From a virus (taxonomy: Duplodnaviria > Caudoviricetes), in the IMG/VR virus record IMGVR_UViG_3300029319_000001: a DNA stretch of 64,000 nucleotides; one strand, written 5' to 3'. Made by a program: the position numbers and the translations under genes. Below, piece after piece: positions 46,015 to 56,078 of the stretch (its first letter is position 1; each line of letters starts with the position of its first letter). A model generated the notes under the pieces. It made no database searches, had not been told where the DNA came from, and was given only the letters and a program-made list of their open reading frames with translations.

Positions 46015-48687
46015 ATGCCTACCAATTATAAGACTATCATTAATTTTAGAGACGGTATTCAGGTTGATGCCAATGATCTTGTCTCTAATAATGGACTGGT
46101 AGGTATCGGAACTACCATTCCAAGAGAAGAACTCGACATTCGTGGTAACCTGATTGTTGAAAATCAAGCAAATTTTAGGGATGTAAATGTTGTCGGACAG
46201 TCTACATTTTATGGTGATATTAATATTGCTGTTGGAAACTCAGTAGGTATAGGAACTACAGTCCCTGAGGCTACATTTCAGGTTGGTGTTGGTACAACTG
46301 GTTTTACTGTTGACTCTAATGGTAATGTAACTGCTCTAACATTTACTGGTTCAGGTGCTAATCTAACAAATTTACCGACTGCAGTATGGACTAATCCATA
46401 TCCTGGTGCTGGTACTACTATCAATGCTTTCAGACCTGTTGGTGTATCTGTAACACTACCTCAGGCAGATTTTGCTGTTGGTGATCTTATAAAACTTGAT
46501 GCTACTAGTGGTGTAGGTACATTTGAAGGATTAGTAGCGAAAAATATAACTGCAGTCAATGCCAGTGGATCTGGTCAAGGTAATGTAAACGGAGAAGTTG
46601 GTACATTCTCAACCATAACAGCAACAGACACTGCTGTTATTGATAAATTAGATGGAAATTTAATAGGTTTATCAACAATAGCTGGTACTGCCTCAACAGC
46701 TAATAGTGTATATGTAACAGATGAGTCTACTGATACTCTATTGTTCCCTCTATTTGTTGATGGAGCAGTTTTAAGTGGACAAATAGTTGCTGGTAATAAG
46801 GAAGTAAAGGCAGGAACTAATCTACAATTTGATTCAGCAAATGGAACATTAAGTGCTACATCTTTGAGTGCTGCAGGTGGTATCAGTATTGGTCCTGGCG
46901 GTATTATGACTGCAACCACATTTAGTGGAACTGCAACTACAGCATTAAATGCGTCAGTAGCATATGCGATAGCTGGACAACCAGATATTCAAGCAGACAA
47001 GATAGATTCTTTAGGTATTAATAGTATATTCATTAGAAATACTGGTGTATCTACATTTGGAGGAGAAGTTAAGGTAGGTAACTTCTTAGGTGTAGGTGCC
47101 ACATCCTCTGCTATAGGAAAAGGCATGGGTGTTATTGGTGCTGCTGACTTTTCAGGTGCTGGTACATTTGGTGGTGACTTATTAGTTGCAGGTAATTTAT
47201 CAGTCGGTGGTACATTTGGTGGTGCGGTTAATATTACTGATGTTACTGCTGGAGAAATCATTGCAACTGGTATTCTCTCTGCTACTACATCATCTAGTTG
47301 TGTGTTACATGATACAACAATTACTGGTAATGTAGTACAGTCAGCAGGTAAAAATTTAACAGTCGGACAAAATCTTTCTATTGGCGGAACAACTACATTT
47401 GGATCACAGATAAACTTTGGTGATGCATCAACACAAGTTGCTGCTGCTGGTACATTATTTGCTAATTTGAGTGGTATTATTACAACTGGTGGTATTAATG
47501 TTGGTGATCTTGATATTAGTGGTACATTCTCATATACTGGTGGAAGTATAGCAACATTCGGTTCGATATTATTAAATAGCAACACTGGATTTGTATCCTG
47601 CTCATCTATTGAGGCAGGTACAGGTATTATAAGTTGCACAGGATTAAATGCCAGAACTGGAGAAATTACTGGTGGTGGATTAAATCTTACAGGTCCTACT
47701 ACATCTAATAACTTTTTCCAATCAACATCTGGTGTATCTACATTCTTTGATATTGATATAACTGGTGGTACAAATAGTAATATTCAATTAACTAGACTAG
47801 GATTTAATACTTCTCTAGGTGCTTTAGGTATTACTGAGGGTATAGCTCTCTGGGATGATGCTGAGATATATGTCAATGATTCCCCTGCAAGTGGTATTGG
47901 TATTGGTACTACCTCAGGTAAGAGAGACAGTAATGTTGCTCTATATGTTGGATATGGAAGAGATGGAGCAGGTAACTTTATCAATGGTCAGTCAGTATTT
48001 GAAGGTGGTGTTGGTATAGGTACAATGATGGGTAATGATGATGGTAATATGTTGGAAGTATATAAAGAAACAGTATTTCATTCATACCATACAGGTGTAG
48101 GTGGTACTGATGCAGGTCCTGCTCGTGTTGGATTTGAAACTAATAAACCACGCACAACTCTTGACTTAGGATTTGTTACTAGTGGATTCTTAAGAATACC
48201 AAGTTACTATAATGATGATCCTAACAATACAGTTCCAACTAACGACACTGGATCACAAGGTTCTCTATTTTTTGATACTGCAATTAACTCAATTTCTATC
48301 AAAGATATGAATGATAATTGGGTTGGTATTAAAACTGAATTATCTACAGGTGACGATCCTGCTCAATATGTACAAGAACTTGGTTTCATAGGTGGTGTTA
48401 CTGATCAGGCAAATAGATTATCTGCTGAACAAGGAGTTGCAAATATTATACAACCTTATGATGAGGTAGGTAATCAAGGAATTGGATGGGGTACTGCACA
48501 TATGTGGTACAATAAGACTTTCAACAAACACCAGTACAAAACTAATCAAGGAATTGGAGTTGCTACACATTATAGATCATATGTTTCTACAGGAACATCC
48601 GCTATAGATATTGAACTAGATAGTAGTGGTACTAAGGTTTACATCACACTACCTGGTATTGGATCTGCTACTTTTAATCTAGTTTGA
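46015..48687 (+). CDS. Tail-fibre-like structural protein
   Basis: GLVGIGTT.P, GIGTT repeats, FTGSGANLTNL, Gly/Thr-rich beta repeats. Confidence 0.75.
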   Translation: MPTNYKTIINFRDGIQVDANDLVSNNGLVGIGTTIPREELDIRGNLIVENQANFRDVNVVGQSTFYGDINIAVGNSVGIGTTVPEATFQVGVGTTGFTVDSNGNVTALTFTGSGANLTNLPTAVWTNPYPGAGTTINAFRPVGVSVTLPQADFAVGDLIKLDATSGVGTFEGLVAKNITAVNASGSGQGNVNGEVGTFSTITATDTAVIDKLDGNLIGLSTIAGTASTANSVYVTDESTDTLLFPLFVDGAVLSGQIVAGNKEVKAGTNLQFDSANGTLSATSLSAAGGISIGPGGIMTATTFSGTATTALNASVAYAIAGQPDIQADKIDSLGINSIFIRNTGVSTFGGEVKVGNFLGVGATSSAIGKGMGVIGAADFSGAGTFGGDLLVAGNLSVGGTFGGAVNITDVTAGEIIATGILSATTSSSCVLHDTTITGNVVQSAGKNLTVGQNLSIGGTTTFGSQINFGDASTQVAAAGTLFANLSGIITTGGINVGDLDISGTFSYTGGSIATFGSILLNSNTGFVSCSSIEAGTGIISCTGLNARTGEITGGGLNLTGPTTSNNFFQSTSGVSTFFDIDITGGTNSNIQLTRLGFNTSLGALGITEGIALWDDAEIYVNDSPASGIGIGTTSGKRDSNVALYVGYGRDGAGNFINGQSVFEGGVGIGTMMGNDDGNMLEVYKETVFHSYHTGVGGTDAGPARVGFETNKPRTTLDLGFVTSGFLRIPSYYNDDPNNTVPTNDTGSQGSLFFDTAINSISIKDMNDNWVGIKTELSTGDDPAQYVQELGFIGGVTDQANRLSAEQGVANIIQPYDEVGNQGIGWGTAHMWYNKTFNKHQYKTNQGIGVATHYRSYVSTGTSAIDIELDSSGTKVYITLPGIGSATFNLV

Positions 48688-48696
48688 GGAAATTAA

Positions 48697-50400
48697 ATGG
48701 CAGCAAATAATTGGAGTAAGACAACTCAACAGTTATTGACTGGTACACCTGGCACACAAATATCATTTGGTGAAATTCGTGCTGCTATAGGTGATACCAG
48801 TAAATCTATTTCTGCTTCAGAATTACACAGACAAACAGACCTTGATGCACCATATGATTTTAGTCAGGGTAAATATCCATCATCATCAACACCACATCTA
48901 CCTTATGTTTTAGATGCTACTGAGAATGTTGGTGTACCTACTAGTGGTGCGATAACACCACAGGATATTAGAGGAGTTATAAAAGAATATGTGATTGAAC
49001 AGGACACATTGACAGAAGAGGAGAACTTTAATGTTACTACTCTAAGCAGTCCTACAACACCTAGTATCAATGCTGATTGGAACTCAAACTTAAATAAAAA
49101 TATATCAAAATTTCTTAAGATCAAAGGTAGACTAGTAAGTACCAATACATCAAATCCTGCTGCTGTTGCCGATCAACCATCATCTAACCTAACAGTATTT
49201 GTTAACAATGCACCATCATCTTATGGTGTGTATGGTGCAGGTGGTGGTATCAATCAACCTGGTGGACATGCTATTAGTATCAGTCAACCATCAGGTCCTG
49301 CGATTAGAAAAGTATTTGTAGAGTGTGAAGGTTCAGACGCTAGGATATATGGTGGAGGTGGTGGTGGAAAAGATGGTACTGATGGTACTGATGGCACACC
49401 TGGTAGTGGAGAGAGTACTGGAGTACCTGGTACACCTGGTACACCAGGCACACCTGGTTCAAATGGTAATGATGGTAGTGCAGGTAGCGATGGATCGGAT
49501 GGTTCAGATGGTCAACCAGGATCCACTGGTACACCTGGTATGCAAAGAACAACATTCCAGCAAAGATCTACAGTACAAACTAGAACAACTAGTCAATCAA
49601 GAAGTTCTCGCAGAAAAAGATTTGGTGGGTGGCCTCGTAGTCGTCGTGGACAAATTCAGGGTAGAACATCATTTCAGGCAACTGGTTCTACTCAGTCAAG
49701 GTCAGCAGCACAGTCAAAAATGGCATGTTTCGGTGGTGCAGCTGGTAATGCTGGTTCTAAAGGTTTACATGGTAATTCTGGTGGTGGCGGTCAAGGTGGT
49801 CAGGGTGGCTCTGGCGGTGGCGGTGGTCAGGGTGGAACTGGAGGACCTGCAGGTTATTCAGGACAAGGTGGATTAAAAGGATATGGTGGTACAGCTGCAC
49901 CAGGTCGTGGCTGGAATTATAAGACTGGTAACATAACAGGAACACCTGGTAGTTTCGGAACACCAGGCACACCTGGTGGTGGAGGAGGAGCAGGAACACC
50001 TGGTACACCTGGTGGAAGTGGACAACCAGGAACACCTGGTACACCTGGTGGAAGTGGAACACCTGGCAGTGGTGGAACACCTGGTACACCTGGTGGTGCT
50101 GCAAGTTGTAACGCTGCTACACCAGGAACACCTGGTACACCTGGTACACCTGGTACTGATGGAACACCTGGTAGCGATGGTCAACCAGGTGCAAAGGGTA
50201 ACGATGGTCAACCAGGTCAACCTGGTACACCAGGAAATCCTGGCACACCTGGTCAACCAGGTCAACCAGGTCAACCTGGTGGTAATGGTGGTGACTGGGG
50301 TGAAGCAGGTGGTTCACAAGGTGGTAATGCAGGTCGTGCAGTTGCTGGTAGCAAGTATGAAGTTAAACCCAATAATGGAGATATTAAAGTAATCTACTAA
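48697..50400 (+). CDS. Collagen-like (Gly-X-Y) protein
   Basis: (GTP)n, GSD, GQP triplet runs at about 49375-49540 and 49940-50290; YGGGGGG and GG.GG.WG...G motifs. Confidence 0.85.
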   Translation: MAANNWSKTTQQLLTGTPGTQISFGEIRAAIGDTSKSISASELHRQTDLDAPYDFSQGKYPSSSTPHLPYVLDATENVGVPTSGAITPQDIRGVIKEYVIEQDTLTEEENFNVTTLSSPTTPSINADWNSNLNKNISKFLKIKGRLVSTNTSNPAAVADQPSSNLTVFVNNAPSSYGVYGAGGGINQPGGHAISISQPSGPAIRKVFVECEGSDARIYGGGGGGKDGTDGTDGTPGSGESTGVPGTPGTPGTPGSNGNDGSAGSDGSDGSDGQPGSTGTPGMQRTTFQQRSTVQTRTTSQSRSSRRKRFGGWPRSRRGQIQGRTSFQATGSTQSRSAAQSKMACFGGAAGNAGSKGLHGNSGGGGQGGQGGSGGGGGQGGTGGPAGYSGQGGLKGYGGTAAPGRGWNYKTGNITGTPGSFGTPGTPGGGGGAGTPGTPGGSGQPGTPGTPGGSGTPGSGGTPGTPGGAASCNAATPGTPGTPGTPGTDGTPGSDGQPGAKGNDGQPGQPGTPGNPGTPGQPGQPGQPGGNGGDWGEAGGSQGGNAGRAVAGSKYEVKPNNGDIKVIY

Positions 50401-50408
50401 ATTTTGTT

Positions 50409-51008
50409 ATGTCAATTTATCCTTTGAGTCCATCCCCTAATTTTCAGGGTGAGACACTATATCAAACATGGGAAGATGGGTTCACCCCAAACGAGTGCCA
50501 TCGTATTATTAACTATGGTGAGTCTCTTTCACCAAAACCTGCTACAGTCGGTAATAATATTGATACCAATGTAGTAAATAGTATTCGCACATCTAAGACT
50601 GCATGGTTAGAATGCAATAATGATACAAAATGGTTATATGAGCGTTTAGGTAATATATTAAGAGTAACTAATGGTATGTTCTGGAAGTTTGATATCCGTG
50701 GATTTCATGAGCATATTCAATACACAGTATATGAAGGAGACGATCAAGGCTTTTATAGGTGGCATGTAGATAATAATATGCAGTCAGATGTACCACCGAG
50801 AAAATTAAGTATGACCGTACAATTATCTGATCCCAGTGAATATACTGGTGGTGAATTACAGTTGCATGATGGTGAAGTACAGACTGCAGTAAATAGTAGA
50901 GGACATGTAATAATATTTCCCAGTTATGCTTTACATAGGGTTCAACCTGTAACATCTGGAATTAGAAGAAGTTTGGTAGTCTGGGCAAATGGTCCTGCAT
51001 TCAAGTGA
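50409..51008 (+). CDS. Prolyl-4-hydroxylase-like (PKHD-type) 2OG-Fe(II) oxygenase
   Basis: FYRWHVD, RKLSMTVQLSDP.EY.GGEL, IFPSY.LHRV.PVT.G.RRSLV.W. Confidence 0.88.
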   Translation: MSIYPLSPSPNFQGETLYQTWEDGFTPNECHRIINYGESLSPKPATVGNNIDTNVVNSIRTSKTAWLECNNDTKWLYERLGNILRVTNGMFWKFDIRGFHEHIQYTVYEGDDQGFYRWHVDNNMQSDVPPRKLSMTVQLSDPSEYTGGELQLHDGEVQTAVNSRGHVIIFPSYALHRVQPVTSGIRRSLVVWANGPAFK

Positions 51009-51010
51009 CA

Positions 51011-51065
51011 GACAGTGATTTAAGTGTCTACTACATCCCCATTGTGAGGTAAAATGGTGTATAAT
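51011..51065 (+). promoter_or_regulatory. GACA-N10-TGTC motif plus -10 box
   Basis: GACAgtgatttaagTGTC, 31 nt, TATAAT. Confidence 0.7.
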
Positions 51066-51071
51066 ATAGGT

Positions 51072-52235
51072 ATGAAGAATACCCATCTTGAACACTTAGA
51101 AGATGACATCCTCAACAGTGGTGCTGTTGGTGGATTCAATGTCGTTTCTGTACTCAGATCATTTGGTAATATGCTCACAGGCACTAAGTCTGATCTAAGT
51201 GTTACTACTAAGTGGGATGGAGCTCCTGCAATTATTTGTGGCACTGACCCTGTTACTGGTAAATTCTTTGTTGGAACTAAATCAGTATTCAATAAGATTA
51301 CACCTAAAGTATGTTATGATAATGTTGATGTTGATCGTTTTTATGAGTCAGAAGTACTTCGTGCAAAGTTAAAAGATTGTCTTAAGTATCTCTCTCAATT
51401 AAATATCAAAGGTATTATTCAAGGAGATTTATTATTCTCATCAGGAGACAAGAGATATGCTAGTATTGGTGGACACAGAGTTATTACATTTAATCCTAAT
51501 GCCATAACTTATGCAGTATCGTGTCAATCAAGTCAAGGTATGGCAGTAGAGAGAGCAAATATTGGTATTGTATTTCATACAGTATATCAAGGTAGTTCAA
51601 TACAAGATTGCAAGGCAGTATATAAAGCACCCTTATTTGTAGGCACAGAAGATATATTCATACCTAATGCTAATTTCAATGATGCTAAAGGTATAAGTCG
51701 TTTCAGTAATAGTCAGAAGATCAAGTATATTGCTACTATTAATCGTGCGGAGGGTTCACTCAAGAGAGCATCAAGATTTCTTGATATCATGCAAAGTCAT
51801 GGTCAATCTAGATTCTTAATGCCAACATTATTCAAGCAATTCTTTAATACACAAATTCGTACTGGTAAGACTATTGTAAACACTAGAAGAACAGTTGCAC
51901 AGTTTGCTAAGTTTTATTCAGACAGATTAGATGCTGAGATCAATACTAAAACCAGTGTCAAGGGCAAAGAGAGATACAAGAGGATGAAGGCAGAAGGTCT
52001 TAATTTTATTGCTAGGTATGAGAATGAGATATATTTTACATTTGCATCATATATTTCTATTCGTGATGCTAAGAAGATGGTAATCTCACAATTAAACAAG
52101 GTTGGTCAAATAAGAACATACATAGGAAATACACCAACAAATCCAGAGGGATATGTTGTTTCCACCAACAACTACGCAATGAAGTTTGTTGATGATGACT
52201 TTAGAAAAGCAAACATTCTCTTTGGAATACAATGA
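51072..52235 (+). CDS. DUF6267-like protein with ligase/nucleotidyltransferase motifs
   Basis: MKNTHLEHLED N-terminus; KWDG, QGDLLF, GIVFH, EGYVV, MKFVD. Confidence 0.65.
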   Translation: MKNTHLEHLEDDILNSGAVGGFNVVSVLRSFGNMLTGTKSDLSVTTKWDGAPAIICGTDPVTGKFFVGTKSVFNKITPKVCYDNVDVDRFYESEVLRAKLKDCLKYLSQLNIKGIIQGDLLFSSGDKRYASIGGHRVITFNPNAITYAVSCQSSQGMAVERANIGIVFHTVYQGSSIQDCKAVYKAPLFVGTEDIFIPNANFNDAKGISRFSNSQKIKYIATINRAEGSLKRASRFLDIMQSHGQSRFLMPTLFKQFFNTQIRTGKTIVNTRRTVAQFAKFYSDRLDAEINTKTSVKGKERYKRMKAEGLNFIARYENEIYFTFASYISIRDAKKMVISQLNKVGQIRTYIGNTPTNPEGYVVSTNNYAMKFVDDDFRKANILFGIQ

Positions 52236-53539
52236 AAAAGATCGCTGTTATCGGTGCAGGTGTTATTGGTATTACTTCTATTCTACAGTTGATAGAACAG
52301 CGAACTAATCTTAATGCAGAAAATGATTGTAAAATAGTATGGTTATATGACACATCAATAGATATATTTGGTATTGGAGAGTCAACAACACCATCATTAT
52401 CAGGACAAATTGCTAGTCCACCATCATATTTGAGATATGATTCTAAAGATTATTTTGATGCTACTATCAAGTTTGGTAATAGATTTGTAGGATGGGGTAA
52501 AAATGGTGGAGATTTTACCAGATACTTTCCTATGAGTACTGCTGCTATTCATTTTGATACTAGATTATTCAGTAGTTTCTTTATTGAACATCTAAATGAA
52601 GAGAGTTGTTATAATTTTGAGTCAAGAGATACTAAAATAAAATCAATAAGTTTCGATCAAGACCCTATAGGTGGACATTGCTTTGGTGTTGTTATTGATG
52701 GAGAGTCATTTGATTTTGTATTAGATTGTAGTGGTGGCAAATCACTGGTGAATGATGATTATTATTTCGATTCACCCTTTGAGACTTGTAACACAGTTCT
52801 TGCTACTAGACTACCAGAACCTGCAGATTGGGGTTATACATTAACACAGACCACTCGAAATGGTTGGATGTTTGGAATTCCATTGCAAAGCAGAAGAACT
52901 TATGGTTATGCTTATAATTCAAGTGTTACAACAGAAGAGGAGGCACAGCAAGATTTTAGAAGTCTAGTTCCTCAAGAAGGACATCAATATAATAAGTTTA
53001 CTTGGAAACCTAAATTCTCAAACTATGTGTTACATCATAGTGGTAGATATGCTCGTAATGGAAATGCGTTAGGATTTCTTGACCCACTTGAAGCACTAGC
53101 AGGTATGTATTATGATAGTGTGACAGATAAGATGTCAAATTATGCTCTTGGCGATACATATAATAACATAGAACTGATTAATGATATCAATAGTTGGTAT
53201 TATCAAGAAGTTATTGGGGATTGGTTATTAAATTCTGCATGGATGTATCATTTTGGTTCAGAACATGACACCCCATTCTGGCAACAAGTCCAGAAAAATG
53301 CTAAAGATATATTAAATAATAAGGAGATTAATCCTTGTCGTTTAATAAGTGATGAACAAACATTTACTGATGATTTGTTCAATATTATAGGGGATGACCC
53401 AGAAATGAGAAGGTTATTTGTTCATGATCTACTTGATGTTGAGTTTACTTTCGATTTCTGTCGTGATTATTATAACTTCAGTTCATTTACTAGAGGAATG
53501 AGTGCAGATTATGCCAACAAGTTTCCTACATTTACATAA
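52232..53539 (+). CDS. Flavin-dependent tryptophan-halogenase-like protein
   Basis: GAGVIG, GIGESTTP, ATIK, DCSG, GWMFGIP, GF.DPLE. Confidence 0.82.
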   Translation: MKKIAVIGAGVIGITSILQLIEQRTNLNAENDCKIVWLYDTSIDIFGIGESTTPSLSGQIASPPSYLRYDSKDYFDATIKFGNRFVGWGKNGGDFTRYFPMSTAAIHFDTRLFSSFFIEHLNEESCYNFESRDTKIKSISFDQDPIGGHCFGVVIDGESFDFVLDCSGGKSLVNDDYYFDSPFETCNTVLATRLPEPADWGYTLTQTTRNGWMFGIPLQSRRTYGYAYNSSVTTEEEAQQDFRSLVPQEGHQYNKFTWKPKFSNYVLHHSGRYARNGNALGFLDPLEALAGMYYDSVTDKMSNYALGDTYNNIELINDINSWYYQEVIGDWLLNSAWMYHFGSEHDTPFWQQVQKNAKDILNNKEINPCRLISDEQTFTDDLFNIIGDDPEMRRLFVHDLLDVEFTFDFCRDYYNFSSFTRGMSADYANKFPTFT

Positions 53540-53542
53540 CTT

Positions 53543-54928
53543 ATGACTAGAAAAATTGCTATTATTGGTGGTACTGATGCAGTACAAGTATTATTGAATT
53601 GCGTGTCACATAGGGATACTATGGATAGTGTGTATCAGGATGATGAAATAGTTTGGATTCGTGATTGTTCTCACATTATTGATGACTATGGAATACAAAC
53701 CGAGTCCGAGTGGGGAGAAATAGTTGGGGAGAATACTACATTAAGTTCAATACATCTATCAAGATTATTAGATGGTAAACAAAAGTGGGGTAAAAAGTTT
53801 ATTGGATTTGGTAATGACACACCACATAATTTTTATGTACTGTATGAACTAACTCATGTGGGTTGGCATTTAAACGGTAGAAAAATGGTAGATTTATTCT
53901 GGAATAGTTATACTAATACTGCCAAAAATGTAAGGATGATTGATGCTCATGTAGATAATATTGATGTACAAAATGATTATGTTAAAATACTAGATGAAAA
54001 ATATGATTTTGTAATTGATTGTACCAGAGGTGCATTATGGGATCATGATTCTTATAGTGAAGCATTATATAATCCAACAAATGCATCTCTAACAGTTCAT
54101 AAAAAGGTAGAGGGTAAATGGAATTATACTGCACATATTGCAGGTAAACATGGATATTTAACAGGCATTCCTATTAAAGATGCTCAAACATGGATATATT
54201 CATACGATAAAGATATAACAACACTTGATGATGCAATTTTAGACTTTAATAACCATTGTGAAATAACAACAAATGAGTTGCCTAAGATAAGTGAGTATGA
54301 TAAAATGTTATCAGACTATTGTATCCATCCTAATAATAGGTATGCTAGATGTGGTCGTGCATTGGGGTTTAATGATGAGTTAAACAACTTTAAAAACTAT
54401 CTTGAAGGAGATTTAGCAGAAGCAATATCAATGTATCTGTTTGAAGACCCTGAGAGACAACAGACAGAATATCAAAGATTAGATGTAGAGGATAGATATC
54501 AAGATGGCAAAAAAGATTGTGCATCATCACTCGGTTTCTATCTACAGGAAGGTTCTCAATATAAAACTGAGTTCTGGGAACAAACTAGAACAAATGCGTG
54601 TTTATGTTTAGAGAATAGAGAATACTTTGATATATCTACAAATCTCATACAATATGAATATCTTAAAATGAATGAACTCATCCCACCAGAGGAGAATATT
54701 CGTTTAGATTATTTTAGGAGATTAGCAGATGATGAACAGCGTTTGAGACAAAAACAAACTGCTGTATCTGACGAACCTTATAGATTGTTAGGTAGTTATC
54801 AGATATTTACTGAGACTACTAGAGGTCTCGGTTCACCTTATGCTCACCTATTTCCATTAATGACAGACATGTTACCACCATCATCCGAACCTTTCGGAGA
54901 AATCAACCTCGATCCAATAACATGGTAA
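53543..54928 (+). CDS. Degenerate halogenase-like paralogue
   Basis: IAIIGGTDA (no GxGxxG), KWGKKFIGF, FVIDCT, GYLTGIP, GRALGF. Confidence 0.65.
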   Translation: MTRKIAIIGGTDAVQVLLNCVSHRDTMDSVYQDDEIVWIRDCSHIIDDYGIQTESEWGEIVGENTTLSSIHLSRLLDGKQKWGKKFIGFGNDTPHNFYVLYELTHVGWHLNGRKMVDLFWNSYTNTAKNVRMIDAHVDNIDVQNDYVKILDEKYDFVIDCTRGALWDHDSYSEALYNPTNASLTVHKKVEGKWNYTAHIAGKHGYLTGIPIKDAQTWIYSYDKDITTLDDAILDFNNHCEITTNELPKISEYDKMLSDYCIHPNNRYARCGRALGFNDELNNFKNYLEGDLAEAISMYLFEDPERQQTEYQRLDVEDRYQDGKKDCASSLGFYLQEGSQYKTEFWEQTRTNACLCLENREYFDISTNLIQYEYLKMNELIPPEENIRLDYFRRLADDEQRLRQKQTAVSDEPYRLLGSYQIFTETTRGLGSPYAHLFPLMTDMLPPSSEPFGEINLDPITW

Positions 54929-55278
54929 GAACTTTAATTAAGGATTTTCCACTTACCGAGGTTATTAGAAAACCTATGAGTAAAGACACATACAGTAAAG
55001 AAGAAGTGGATGCTCTCATTCAATATGCTATTGATGAAGCAAGAAAGATTGATGAAGAATCAATGCGTAAACATAATCGTGATGCTACTGTTATCAGTAT
55101 GATATTAGGGTTTACTGCACTTGCGTTATTTGTTGATGGTCTGTTAAGATTATTAGGTATCATTCCACCATTTATGGAGATTGATATAGATGTACTTGAC
55201 CAGATTGTTGAGAGAGTGGAGACGGATGTAATAGACAAACTGAAACAAGTGCCTATCCAAAAATTACTAAGAAGATGA
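54922..55278 (+). CDS. Small membrane protein
   Basis: HNRDATVISMILGF..LALFVDGLLR.LGIIPPF. Confidence 0.6.
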   Translation: MVRTLIKDFPLTEVIRKPMSKDTYSKEEVDALIQYAIDEARKIDEESMRKHNRDATVISMILGFTALALFVDGLLRLLGIIPPFMEIDIDVLDQIVERVETDVIDKLKQVPIQKLLRR

Positions 55279-55562
55279 TTTCATTTTTACTTTCAATGGC
55301 AGGATTATTAAACCTGTTATTTTATATCTTTGCCATTGGTTTCTTAATTTCATTAGGATTAGAACAATGGATTAAGTTTAGACCTCTATCAGTTGATAAA
55401 ACAATAAATGATAGAAATGAATACATAGTTCAGAGCAACAGAAAATACTGTTGGAGACAAGCGTGGGTAGTTAACATTAACTGGTTCGCTTGCAATGTAG
55501 GTTTATACTTTGTATCAAGAAGTATGTTAAATCCAGTGGACAATTTTTGGAATGGAATGTAA
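55275..55562 (+). CDS. Small membrane protein
   Basis: Hydrophobic N-terminus; NRKYCWRQAW. Confidence 0.55.
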   Translation: MISFLLSMAGLLNLLFYIFAIGFLISLGLEQWIKFRPLSVDKTINDRNEYIVQSNRKYCWRQAWVVNINWFACNVGLYFVSRSMLNPVDNFWNGM

Positions 55563-55633
55563 AATATGTGGTATGTAATATTTTGGACAGTATTAACAAT
55601 TTATCTTTTGAAACAAGTAGGAGTATTTAAAAA

Positions 55634-55810
55634 ATGACATTTCTATCATGCCCACCTGTATATCATTTGCCAGGAACATGGACAGAGTGTAAGAAACCAT
55701 TAATTAATCATCTTAATCTTGAACCAAGTATAGGATTTATGGTATTTTTTGGATTGCTTTTTATATTATTAGTTGCTTATGGTATTACTAACTTAAAGAA
55801 AGCAAAATGA
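55634..55810 (+). CDS. 58-aa membrane peptide
   Basis: MTFLSCPPVYHLPGTWTEC followed by one TM helix. Confidence 0.55.
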   Translation: MTFLSCPPVYHLPGTWTECKKPLINHLNLEPSIGFMVFFGLLFILLVAYGITNLKKAK

Positions 55811-56028
55811 AATTCGACCCCAATAGCATACCACTAAGAAATACATCACAAGAATTTGAATATGAGAAGATATCAAGAGAGATTGATCGATGTGATGATA
55901 TTAAGGAGTTGCAGAATATGTGTAAGTTTCTACTCAAGTTAGAAATGAAAACTAGGGAGACTTATAGTATTATGATTGCTGATACTATTGAAGCAATGAA
56001 CATAGACCTACCACAGGACAATTTGTAA
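55807..56028 (+). CDS. Hypothetical protein
   Basis: FEYEKISREID.C.D...L. Confidence 0.6.
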   Translation: MKFDPNSIPLRNTSQEFEYEKISREIDRCDDIKELQNMCKFLLKLEMKTRETYSIMIADTIEAMNIDLPQDNL

Positions 56029-56072
56029 AGTGTACACTATCGGTTGCAATACTTTTCAATATGACCTATATT
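56017..56072 (+). promoter_or_regulatory. GACA-N10-TGTA motif plus -10 box
   Basis: GACAatttgtaaagTGTA, 32 nt, TATATT; TTGCAA at the -35 position. Confidence 0.6.
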
Positions 56073-56078
56073 AAGAAT

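Noticed and set aside
49325-50392. Alternative-frame ORFs of 115-183 aa over the collagen gene
   Set aside because: Shadow frames produced by GGT-ACA-CCT repeats, with low-complexity V/H/L/Q translations
55634-55810. psbN assignment
   Set aside because: N-terminus recalls phage PsbN-like peptides, but the C-terminal SFGPPS...DPFEEH motif is absent
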